A stretch of DNA of 33,907 nucleotides, from the IMG/VR virus record IMGVR_UViG_3300030330_004915, positions 1 through 33,907 of that record. One strand, given 5' to 3'. The notes beneath the pieces were generated by a model that saw nothing but the letters and a program-made list of their open reading frames with translations, ran no database searches and was not told the DNA's origin. This DNA is from a virus (lineage: Duplodnaviria > Caudoviricetes). Shown in pieces: positions 26,663 through 33,907 of this stretch (its first letter is position 1; every line of letters starts with the position of its first letter). The position numbers were made by a program, and so were the translations under genes.

Positions 26663-26818
26663 ATGTCACCTGTAGTTGTCGATTTCCTGGGCAAGAAGCG
26701 TGCTCAGTTCAAGCGTGACCAGAAGATTCAACTGATCGAAAAGAAGCGTGATGCTGTTGAAGGACGCAACATCCTCGTTTATCGGGGTGTTCCCTACGTT
26801 CGCTACAACGCACGATGA
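26663..26818 (+). CDS. DUF4278-like small protein
   Basis: Not in the track. 51 aa, ending ILVYRGVPYVRYNAR. Confidence 0.7.
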   Translation: MSPVVVDFLGKKRAQFKRDQKIQLIEKKRDAVEGRNILVYRGVPYVRYNAR

Positions 26819-26988
26819 ATCCCCTGCTCGGGCTAACACTCAGGCTGGAGTACGATCTGCCTCGGTTTGATCCAGAAGTGCATGAACAAAAAAGAAAGTT
26901 TGCACTTCTGACTTACCGAGGTGTGACGTATGCCAAGTGGGTAAACCTCGAATCACGAGGTGTGCATCAGGACTGGCTCATTGGATAG
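26815..26988 (+). CDS. DUF4278-like small protein
   Basis: Not in the track. 57 aa with LLTYRGVTYAKW and an ATGA overlap. Confidence 0.65.
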   Translation: MNPLLGLTLRLEYDLPRFDPEVHEQKRKFALLTYRGVTYAKWVNLESRGVHQDWLIG

Positions 26989-27178
26989 TCCTGCTCATCT
27001 GGCTGGCTTTCATTAGGTTCTTCAAAATCTTCAAACCTTGCAGCGTGGAGGGTTGAAGTTCATAAGCTCGATCCAGCTTGAGACGTAAATCGTCCTTGAG
27101 CTGGATTCTTTCTGTTGGGCTGATCGAATCCAAAATGAAAAGGATTGCTTCGCTGTAGCACTCATCCGTTGTTGCCAT
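26978..27178 (-). CDS. hypothetical protein
   Basis: 66-aa ORF. Confidence 0.55.
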   Translation of the reverse strand: MATTDECYSEAILFILDSISPTERIQLKDDLRLKLDRAYELQPSTLQGLKILKNLMKASQMSRTIQ

Positions 27179-27180
27179 CG

Positions 27181-27543
27181 TTAAGTCCTCCTGAATGTAA
27201 AAGGTTGAGATCGTGAAGGTATTTCACGCCATTGATGTTTGACACCAACAACTTTGCTTAATGTTTGCCAGAACCACCTGCCTTGCACCTGAATTATTTC
27301 AGTGCATCCATTAAACTCACGCAACACAGCGTTAATTCTGGATTTAGTTGTGACAGTCATGAACCCGTGGTGATTAACCTCGAGCTCGTCATCTGTAAGC
27401 TGGCAGATACATTTTCCATGGAGATAAACGTTTACACGTTTATCTAAACCATCGAAATCGATGACTTCAACTCGAGTGTTCCCGAGTTTCGCGTCTTCCT
27501 GTTGCTTGATTGCGAGCAGCATCCGCTCTTCGAGCTTTCTCAC
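27181..27543 (-). CDS. hypothetical protein, paralog of 32276-32614
   Basis: Shared motifs NTxV, VYLHG and TTKSRxNAxL. Confidence 0.8.
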   Translation of the reverse strand: MRKLEERMLLAIKQQEDAKLGNTRVEVIDFDGLDKRVNVYLHGKCICQLTDDELEVNHHGFMTVTTKSRINAVLREFNGCTEIIQVQGRWFWQTLSKVVGVKHQWREIPSRSQPFTFRRT

Positions 27544-27712
27544 GGGCGCTTAATGCTTTTGCAAAGTAATAGAGAGCATTAGGGTTTTCGGCTTGAAGCT
27601 CTTTGATTCGTTTCTGACCAATGTCCCATGTGCGACAGGATTCCACAAGTACACCTTTGTAGCCCGTGGAAGCATCACGCATGCGAATGTGACAAGGTGC
27701 TGGACTTTTCAT
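27467..27712 (-). CDS. hypothetical protein
   Basis: First ORF after the 27774 promoter. Confidence 0.55.
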   Translation of the reverse strand: MKSPAPCHIRMRDASTGYKGVLVESCRTWDIGQKRIKELQAENPNALYYFAKALSAREKARRADAARNQATGRRETREHSS

Positions 27713-27724
27713 AAATCAGTTCAT

Positions 27725-27747
27725 AAAAAAGCTGCCACTTGCGGCAG
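27725..27747 (-). terminator. intrinsic terminator overlapping a promoter
   Basis: Minus strand reads CTGCC-GCAAGT-GGCAG-C-TTTTTT. Confidence 0.6.
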
Positions 27748-27774
27748 TATGTCGCAGGAAGTACAGCATGTCAA
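27746..27774 (-). promoter_or_regulatory. sigma70 promoter
   Basis: TTGACA-17 nt-CATACT. Confidence 0.65.
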
Positions 27775-27802
27775 TAGTGGAGTCAGGATTCTAAGGGATC
27801 TG

Positions 27803-27967
27803 TCAGGGACACGGTTCGAAGTCGTTCGGGATCACTGCATAAACAAGATCGTAATTACCATCGTGTTCTGCTTTAAATTTGACCAAAGCATCGATTGAAT
27901 CCTCAGCCGTCACAACAGTTTTGGTTAAGTTGTGATCTACATCTCGATATCGGATGAGGAAAGTCAT
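27803..27967 (-). CDS. 54-aa hypothetical protein
   Basis: Not in the track. Starts MTFLIRYRDVDHN, with an ATGA overlap. Confidence 0.55.
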   Translation of the reverse strand: MTFLIRYRDVDHNLTKTVVTAEDSIDALVKFKAEHDGNYDLVYAVIPNDFEPCP

Positions 27968-28191
27968 GAACATACCTGTGGCTTAGAGAAACCAAACTTC
28001 TCAGTGAGTTTATCTCTTTCACGATCATTTCTTAGCTTTGTTGCCAACTTTGCAACATGCTCCATCACTTTCAAAGTGTCATCAACTGTTGAGCCTTCAG
28101 GCATACCGTCACGGACGATCCCCAGGCACTCAAAAAACATGTCGGCGGCTTCCGACATCTCAGTTGGAGTCAGTGGTTTAGTTTCAAGCAT
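27964..28191 (-). CDS. hypothetical protein
   Basis: MLETKPLT...DTLKVME...FGF. Confidence 0.7.
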   Translation of the reverse strand: MLETKPLTPTEMSEAADMFFECLGIVRDGMPEGSTVDDTLKVMEHVAKLATKLRNDRERDKLTEKFGFSKPQVCS

Positions 28192-28384
28192 CGATGGAAA
28201 AATAAGGATGGTCAGTGTCAAGAATCTGATTCTTGCCCGATGCAAACACAAACCGATCAATCGGTAAGTATTCGTCGGTCGCCGAACAGTACACTGTGGG
28301 AACACAATCCAGCTGCTCTTTGTCAAGAACCTCAAGAATTCTTAGAAGTTGTTGATACGTTGATACATTGCCAGGTTCAGACAT
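28184..28384 (-). CDS. hypothetical protein
   Basis: TYQQLL...EQLD...DEY...ILDTDHPY. Confidence 0.65.
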   Translation of the reverse strand: MSEPGNVSTYQQLLRILEVLDKEQLDCVPTVYCSATDEYLPIDRFVFASGKNQILDTDHPYFSIDA

Positions 28385-28472
28385 TGTTTTGAATTGCTTT
28401 GGGATCAGCCTAAGAGGCCACAATAACTCGGCACGATTGGCCGCAAAAAATTAATGATGATAGGGGAATTCC

Positions 28473-28637
28473 CTAGTCAGGTTTGTAGATAATTCGAAAG
28501 GCTTGTCTGCTGATGCTTTGATACTTTTGGAGAAACCTTTCGGCACTCTCTTTCTCTAAGCACTTCCGCCACTCATCCCATGCGTAGACCAATTCGCCGT
28601 CAACCAACTTGAGCTGACGGCACTCGACTATGTACAT
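28473..28637 (-). CDS. hypothetical protein
   Basis: Starts MYIVECRQ. Confidence 0.5.
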   Translation of the reverse strand: MYIVECRQLKLVDGELVYAWDEWRKCLEKESAERFLQKYQSISRQAFRIIYKPD

Positions 28638-28644
28638 GAGCCAG

Positions 28645-29052
28645 TCAAAAGTTAAATAGTTCGGTGAAGCTATCGTCTTCCATGAGAATAAAAGGTTTCT
28701 CATGGTCACAGTTCATGCTCTTGGCTTCCCTGTGCCAACACTTAATGAGAAGAGGGATCTGATAATTAAATCGTTCTTTTATAGATAGACACATTGGGTA
28801 ACCCACTGAGCTACGAGTCCATCCATCCTCCTTATATATACGTAGACAAGGGTTATCAGCTACTGGGATTTTGAGACGCTGCCGTCTCCGGCCATCAACT
28901 TTAAGTTTATGAGTGCGAAACTTGAAGTAAATGCAGGGAAACTTTCTTAATTTGTTCGGTGTGCGGAAAGGTGAGTCAGGATCATTTAGCCATGCGTGAG
29001 ACGGATCGCTCAGCATTTTGAAGTAGTCGATCATCGTGTCAGTTGGTGACAT
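28645..29052 (-). CDS. hypothetical protein
   Basis: Starts MSPTDT with GGAGGT upstream. Confidence 0.55.
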   Translation of the reverse strand: MSPTDTMIDYFKMLSDPSHAWLNDPDSPFRTPNKLRKFPCIYFKFRTHKLKVDGRRRQRLKIPVADNPCLRIYKEDGWTRSSVGYPMCLSIKERFNYQIPLLIKCWHREAKSMNCDHEKPFILMEDDSFTELFNF

Positions 29053-29737
29053 ATTTACCTCCAGAACCGTGAGCTTCAACAAAGATGTCAGTCTTGGCAC
29101 CGTCACACAGTGAGCAGGTAATGCACTGAGCCTGGCTGTTGTCTGCCGTGGCTGGGCAGAGCTTGCCACTGAATGACTGCTTACCCTTGGCAACCACAGC
29201 GAATGTTTTCCATCCGTGAGCACTGGCGTCGAGATACTCTGCGAACGAATCACACGATGCTTGGAACACACCTTTGCACCACTGAGCCCATGGCTGTGTC
29301 CATTGATGTGTGTAACCAGTGTGACCAGCAGCGTGGTCGTTGAGCAGTGCAACCAGTGACGGTGAGATCATTGCAGGATCACCATAGGCACCCCAGCGGA
29401 TCTTCCTGCCTTCAAGGTCAGAAGGGTTGAGATCACTAAGCTGACCGTAGATACCACGCTTGAATGACTTCCAAACAGCAGCAGGAGCCTGACCCACATT
29501 CACATAACAAGAACGTGAACCGTCGGACTGTTTACGGTGTGGGCAATCACCACAAACGGTGTCATCCACACCGAGGTTTACAGCGTCGACCGGATGAATG
29601 TTCTCGTGAAGAATCCAAACCTGACACATGTTCCCCGTCTTAGTGTTACTGGAGCCCATGGTCATGATCACCACGAAAGGTGAACCATTGATCGGAGATG
29701 TTCCGTGTTGAATAACGTAGCCTTTGAACTTAGTCAT
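29039..29737 (-). CDS. Cys-rich putative metal/Fe-S enzyme-like protein
   Basis: NTKTG, CGDC...CYV, IRWGAYGDP, GYTHQW, ASCD and CPA...CITCSLC. Confidence 0.7.
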   Translation of the reverse strand: MTKFKGYVIQHGTSPINGSPFVVIMTMGSSNTKTGNMCQVWILHENIHPVDAVNLGVDDTVCGDCPHRKQSDGSRSCYVNVGQAPAAVWKSFKRGIYGQLSDLNPSDLEGRKIRWGAYGDPAMISPSLVALLNDHAAGHTGYTHQWTQPWAQWCKGVFQASCDSFAEYLDASAHGWKTFAVVAKGKQSFSGKLCPATADNSQAQCITCSLCDGAKTDIFVEAHGSGGKYVTN

Positions 29738-30209
29738 TGGTTTCGGTGTCGTTCTGTTGTTTGGATTGATCGTGTTGTTTCTTAAGCTTCTCCCATTCTT
29801 CTGAGAGTTTCTGATACATAGCTGATACTTGTTCTTGTAAGTCATCAGCATCTTTATCACATTCTCTACAGTGAGCTAACATCTTCTGTGCTTCTGCACC
29901 ATACTTAGCAGCTTCGTATCGCAGGTTATCGATAACATCAGCTATGTACTCTATGTGTACTTCAAGGTTTACACCTGTCCATTTACTTACAGCCTTGACT
30001 TCTTCATCACTGCAATCACACTCCCACTCAAAGATAATCTTCTGTTGTAATAAACTCGCTGCAAAGGCATAAGCCTGTGCCATCATCAACTTGTTTTCAG
30101 CTTTACCTTTGCTGTTAGCTTGTTTGCGTAAGTTATCTCTCTGATTAGAAAGTTGATTCCAGTGTTCGTTGTTGTCGAGATACTTAGTGAAAGGGATGAG
30201 ATCAGCCAT
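29730..30209 (-). CDS. coiled-coil hypothetical protein
   Basis: Starts MADLIP. Confidence 0.65.
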   Translation of the reverse strand: MADLIPFTKYLDNNEHWNQLSNQRDNLRKQANSKGKAENKLMMAQAYAFAASLLQQKIIFEWECDCSDEEVKAVSKWTGVNLEVHIEYIADVIDNLRYEAAKYGAEAQKMLAHCRECDKDADDLQEQVSAMYQKLSEEWEKLKKQHDQSKQQNDTETND

Positions 30210-30378
30210 GGTGATAAGTAACCTGCTCAGTGAAGTTGGATTGATACTTGAAGTCATCGTTAGTCATTTCTTCTACCCAATCTTTGAACTGTTGATCAGT
30301 AGCAAAGGGTTCTAGATGACAATCACGGTCATAAACAATGGTGCGGGTAACAACAATGCGATGCAAAGGTTTAGTCAT
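30202..30378 (-). CDS. small hypothetical protein
   Basis: Part of a tightly packed ORF array. Confidence 0.55.
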   Translation of the reverse strand: MTKPLHRIVVTRTIVYDRDCHLEPFATDQQFKDWVEEMTNDDFKYQSNFTEQVTYHHG

Positions 30379-30559
30379 TGAAATCCTCATCTGTAATTAA
30401 GTCTTCGATGTCGTTGCAGAACTCGATAAGTTTGCACTCGATGCCTTCGATCCGATCGACTATGTATCTCGGAGCATGTACATTCCGTAGCAGCACAGAG
30501 ATCTTTTCTAGCTGATTCATTGCCTCGCATGCTTCATTGAAGCGATCAAGACTGTTCAC
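30371..30559 (-). CDS. small hypothetical protein
   Basis: Part of a tightly packed ORF array. Confidence 0.55.
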   Translation of the reverse strand: MNSLDRFNEACEAMNQLEKISVLLRNVHAPRYIVDRIEGIECKLIEFCNDIEDLITDEDFND

Positions 30560-30765
30560 TCTTCAGCCCTCCTTTCGTCATAAAGTTTCCACGCTTGATC
30601 TGGCGTGGGGTTAGGAACCATTTGGACTAACTGTTCATTAGCTGAACAAATACCTGACCACTTAGCCATAGCTTCAGACAGATCTTTCGCATAGATGTGA
30701 GTGAACTCACGCTTGCGTTCATTGTCACCAGGGAAGTGAAAGTACAGAGCGAGAAAACGATTCAT
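30556..30765 (-). CDS. small hypothetical protein
   Basis: Starts at a TGATCATG junction. Confidence 0.65.
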   Translation of the reverse strand: MNRFLALYFHFPGDNERKREFTHIYAKDLSEAMAKWSGICSANEQLVQMVPNPTPDQAWKLYDERRAEE

Positions 30766-30767
30766 GA

Positions 30768-30956
30768 TCAGATGATGTTGATGTGGTTAGTGATGCCAAC
30801 GTGTTTAGCCATAGAACTAATAGCTTTCTGTAAATAATCTCGCTCTTCATCTGTTATGTCTTCGCCTGTTAGTTCTTCCCAGTATTCCATTCGATTGAAA
30901 GCAGAATCAATTGCTTCCCACTTCAACTGACGTTTGCGGATGTTGGTAATACTCAT
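30768..30956 (-). CDS. small hypothetical protein
   Basis: TGATCATG junctions on both sides. Confidence 0.65.
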   Translation of the reverse strand: MSITNIRKRQLKWEAIDSAFNRMEYWEELTGEDITDEERDYLQKAISSMAKHVGITNHINII

Positions 30957-30958
30957 GA

Positions 30959-31252
30959 TCAGGAATCCTCATCGGGTGTGTGATACTGAAGCCACCAATC
31001 TTTCACGTTCTTGTTGACGTGGCATTGGCACTCTGTGTATGTATCGAATGATCTCTTGGTCAAAGGATCATTTAGTGGTACATAATCCCATTGCATGTAG
31101 AACATGCCACTGTATGGGCACTCGACGATCTTACCCACACGTTCATCACCATTACCGACAGGATCACATAGATACACATACTTGTATGCGTTGTGTGTCA
31201 TGTAACTAGCGGGCTCGATGAACTCGACGTCGATTGTTAGTGGTAGTGTCAT
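30959..31252 (-). CDS. hypothetical protein
   Basis: 97 aa, coupled on both sides. Confidence 0.65.
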   Translation of the reverse strand: MTLPLTIDVEFIEPASYMTHNAYKYVYLCDPVGNGDERVGKIVECPYSGMFYMQWDYVPLNDPLTKRSFDTYTECQCHVNKNVKDWWLQYHTPDEDS

Positions 31253-31446
31253 GATTCAAAAGGATAAATCGAAAGAACTTTACGGTTCAAATCATCTGGA
31301 TCTGGTGTCTGATCTGCTAGAGATTCAAGTTTCGCAAACAATGATTCAAAGTCAGCGGTTGATTCATCGCCTTCTTTAAAGTCAACAGCCATAGATTCCA
31401 GACAGTAAAGACAAACTGAAAGCTCACCTTGAGTGATGTGTTTCAT
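31249..31446 (-). CDS. small acidic hypothetical protein
   Basis: ATGA overlap with the next gene. Confidence 0.6.
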   Translation of the reverse strand: MKHITQGELSVCLYCLESMAVDFKEGDESTADFESLFAKLESLADQTPDPDDLNRKVLSIYPFES

Positions 31447-31595
31447 GATTCAGTAATAAGTTTGCGTTCTTTAAGTAAGATCAAGTGATCAAGAGCATCA
31501 CCTAATGTTGATCTCACATATTCGTCTCTGAGAGCAGAGATTTCATACGCTTTGTAGATAGTTGAGTACAGTTCATCAAAAATCTCGCGTTGCAT
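31425..31595 (-). CDS. 56-aa hypothetical protein
   Basis: Not in the track. Starts MQREIFDELY at a TGATCATG junction. Confidence 0.6.
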
Positions 31596-31597
31596 GA

Positions 31598-31792
31598 TCA
31601 GATACCAAGTGAACTACGGACAGCAGACATAAACAATCTCACGGAAGTTTCTATGGCTTCCTGTTGTGTCCACGCTGTAGGATCATCAACAAGATCAACC
31701 CATCCGTAGTTGTTCTTATCTAAAAACAGTTCAATCTCAGGTTGAAGAAGTTCATAAACCTGAGCAGATTGTGTGGAAGATAATTCAGCCAT
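31598..31792 (-). CDS. small hypothetical protein
   Basis: Starts MAELSS, with TGATCATG junctions on both sides. Confidence 0.65.
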   Translation of the reverse strand: MAELSSTQSAQVYELLQPEIELFLDKNNYGWVDLVDDPTAWTQQEAIETSVRLFMSAVRSSLGI

Positions 31793-31794
31793 GA

Positions 31795-32064
31795 TCAATA
31801 ATCGTGAGGGAAATAAGTTTGTAAGTAAGCAATATCTTCGTGAGATAGATTCTTAGATGCTGAGTGATATATAGTTGTCTCTAAGAAACAATGCGACAAC
31901 GTGTCGCTATAAATTGCGGGCCATTGTTCACTGTTCGATTGCACATGAATCTGCACACTGTTGTTGTTGTTGACCCTGGCGTGGTGAACATTTACACAAC
32001 GTCCGGAAGGTAGTTCTATAAAATGTTTAGAACCACGGGGAAGATCAAAGACAGAAAGTTTCAT
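31795..32064 (-). CDS. hypothetical protein
   Basis: Starts MKLSVF, with TGATCATG junctions on both sides. Confidence 0.65.
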   Translation of the reverse strand: MKLSVFDLPRGSKHFIELPSGRCVNVHHARVNNNNSVQIHVQSNSEQWPAIYSDTLSHCFLETTIYHSASKNLSHEDIAYLQTYFPHDY

Positions 32065-32066
32065 GA

Positions 32067-32273
32067 TCAGTCCTCCCACTCGATAGTTTCATAAACAGCA
32101 GCATCGTTCGATACATACGAAACAGCACGCATGAAAGTGTTACCGACTTTGCCGGTATGGCTATTCATCATTGATACGTCACCATGTGTGTCTAATTGAA
32201 TGTATTTGTCAGACAAATGTGTGGTGAGTTTGAACACAGTTGGCTGTGAGTAACGAGTGTCAGTGTGAATCAT
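32067..32273 (-). CDS. small hypothetical protein
   Basis: Starts MIHTDT, with TGATCATG junctions on both sides. Confidence 0.65.
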   Translation of the reverse strand: MIHTDTRYSQPTVFKLTTHLSDKYIQLDTHGDVSMMNSHTGKVGNTFMRAVSYVSNDAAVYETIEWED

Positions 32274-32275
32274 GA

Positions 32276-32614
32276 TCATTGAAAGGTGAAAGAACCGCAG
32301 AAGGGAATGTGTGTAACCTTGTCATCTTTACCCAGGAAAGTAGTTACAAACCACTCACCACGTTTCTGATATACAGACTCACCTTCGACACAATGCTCAC
32401 GAAGGATTGCATTTAGACGGGACTTTGTAGTCCTTGATTGATACCCACCGTCCGTGATCGTGACGAAGTTGTCACCAATGGTGGCGATGTGGTTGCCGTG
32501 TAGATATACACGAGAGTGACCAGATTCTTGGTCGAAAGTAACCTCAGTGTTCGCAAGTTTCCAGTTCTTGGAATCACTGATGGCGTTGTTCATGAGGATT
32601 TCGATGTTACGCAT
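32276..32614 (-). CDS. hypothetical protein, paralog of 27181-27543
   Basis: NTEV, VYLHGNHIA and DGGYQSRTTKSRLNAIL. Confidence 0.8.
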   Translation of the reverse strand: MRNIEILMNNAISDSKNWKLANTEVTFDQESGHSRVYLHGNHIATIGDNFVTITDGGYQSRTTKSRLNAILREHCVEGESVYQKRGEWFVTTFLGKDDKVTHIPFCGSFTFQ

Positions 32615-32654
32615 GTTTGGAATGAACGTAGAACAAAGGTGAGAGATTGAGTCC

Positions 32655-32691
32655 CTCAGTAAGTCACCGTAAATGTTAGTGACTTAGTGAG
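32655..32691. other. stem-loop upstream of the first small-gene array ORF
   Basis: CTCA-g-TAAGTCAC pairs with GTGACTTA-g-TGAG. Confidence 0.65.
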
Positions 32692-32765
32692 AGCTTCATG
32701 ATCAAAAATGATCTAATGAATAAACAATGAAGACTGAACAATCCCTAGGGTATGTAAGATCTACA

Positions 32766-33078
32766 CCCCCCAGGGAAGAAGTCCAGCTTACTTAGTGAAA
32801 CTAAAAATGGTGCATGTAAAGCACACAATAATACTATGTAAGGGGGGATCTCCCCGTATTTGTAGCTACCAGTGAAGCGAACCGGTTCGTTCGATGATTA
32901 CCCTACTAGGATTCACCGCACTGTTAGATAACTAAGCCTGTAGATACCAAGGGCCTTACTGCGGGCACTAGGTTAGTCGGGGAGGTTCGGTCTATTAAGA
33001 CGCTCCGGACACCTAGCGGGACGTGGGCGTTAGTCGAAGTTCCGACACCACGTCACTGGCTACCCATGCACTGGGGGG
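32766..33078. ncRNA. candidate large structured ncRNA or structured DNA element
   Basis: Nested long-range helices and multiple internal hairpins in ORF-free DNA (see findings). Strand is unresolved. Confidence 0.5.
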
Positions 33079-33475
33079 ATTGGATACCTGCCGCCCTCTG
33101 TGTTGCTCGACCATTAGACAGGGAGAGAACCCTGAATCACGAACCAAAGATAACTAAGGTTCCGACGAGATCAACGGCGAGAGCGTTGGCTGATGGCTGG
33201 ACTGATTCGAATCGGTTAGATAACTAACGGATCCGTTGGTGAGAGTGTAACCGCAGAAGCTGCCGAAAATGGCAGAAACTTGTGACGGTTTGGCGATTGG
33301 CACAGCTGGTTGTGATCGTTCAGCTCCCGGTGACGGGTTTACTAGATCGGCGCTGTTCCTCTCGACACCATTAAGTAGATCACGGATTGGCACCGAATGG
33401 TTGAAATGGTGTGCGGTTTCTGAATTGGCACAGTGTTCCTGGTTTGATTCTTAGTTACAGAGAGCTCAGCGAATT

Positions 33476-33507
33476 AAAAAAAGAAACGCGCACCCGCCCA
33501 CGCGCGT
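33476..33507 (-). terminator. intrinsic terminator-like hairpin
   Basis: Minus strand reads ACGCGCG-TGGGCGGG-TGCGCGT-TTCTTTTTTT. Confidence 0.5.
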
Positions 33508-33782
33508 ATATAGCACACAGGCGTGGTTGATATTTACATTCTGTCATTCAAGTCACACTAGGGCTTCATACATAGTACCCATAATGTATATTTATCCGAC
33601 CCCGCAACCCGCCCTTTTTTTACTTATTTGACATACACGACGGCACGGGCGAGAAGGGTTTGGGTATCTTGCGGGTATTTTGGGGTCAAATCGTCTGGAG
33701 TAGCAATATATTAAAAGGCGCAGAAAAAAATTCGCGCCAGACAAATACACCTAAAATGTGTTTACGAGTCTTATAACGACTG

Positions 33783-33907
33783 ATGCAACCAGAAGATATG
33801 GATAATGTCGTCGTAGAAGACGGTATTTTTTTAAAAGACTTGATAAGAGCTATAAAAAATAAAGACCAAGTACGCGCTCAGGCGTTGTTGAGAAGCTTGA
33901 GTTCAGG
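33783..33907 (+). CDS. hypothetical protein, 3' truncated
   Basis: MQPEDMDNVVVEDGIFLKDLIRAIKNK..., open to the window end. Confidence 0.5.
   Translation, partial: MQPEDMDNVVVEDGIFLKDLIRAIKNKDQVRAQALLRSLSS

Noticed and set aside
30763-32278. CRISPR array or integron attC cassettes
   Set aside because: The repeat is only 8 bp, the spacers are whole genes of variable length, and there are no attC-like palindromes, integrase or cas genes in the window.
32856-32869. Third GTA-N8-TAC match
   Set aside because: It lacks the flanking consensus and an associated promoter, and several chance matches are expected in 34 kb.
32770-33140. RNase P RNA or tmRNA identity for the structured region
   Set aside because: GGAAGAAGTCC and AGAACCC only loosely resemble RNase P conserved regions and the P4 pairing is not evident. 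There is no tRNA-like acceptor/T arm or tag ORF.
33154-33454. ORFs 33154-33393 (-) and 33269-33454 (+)
   Set aside because: They overlap on opposite strands in palindrome-rich DNA with no recognisable protein features, so they are probably spurious.

Overview
About 34 kb of a dsDNA tailed phage, most likely a marine cyanophage. The host is inferred from a CP12-like ORF, DUF4278-like YRGV micro-ORFs, NtcA-type boxes and cyanophage-type hypothetical proteins. Positions 1-7.9 kb are a mixed-strand region with the end of a tail-fibre-like gene, two HNH genes, many small basic proteins, exported and membrane proteins, a C39-like peptidase and thyX. Positions 7.9-19.2 kb are a minus-strand replication module: primase-SF3 helicase, PD-(D/E)xK exonuclease, a degenerate methyltransferase, a tandem-OB SSB, an HNH-HTH protein and a family A DNA polymerase. 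Positions 19.2-24.9 kb form an operon of a DUF3150-like protein, a RavA-like MoxR AAA+ ATPase and a ViaA-like vWA protein, behind a sigma70 promoter with an NtcA box. Positions 25-32.6 kb are small, probably early, minus-strand genes, many joined by an identical TGATCATG stop-start junction. Positions 32.6-33.8 kb are ORF-poor and contain an extensively base-paired nested structure with repeated motifs, a candidate large ncRNA or structured DNA element. All family assignments come from motif recognition by eye; no database searches were run.
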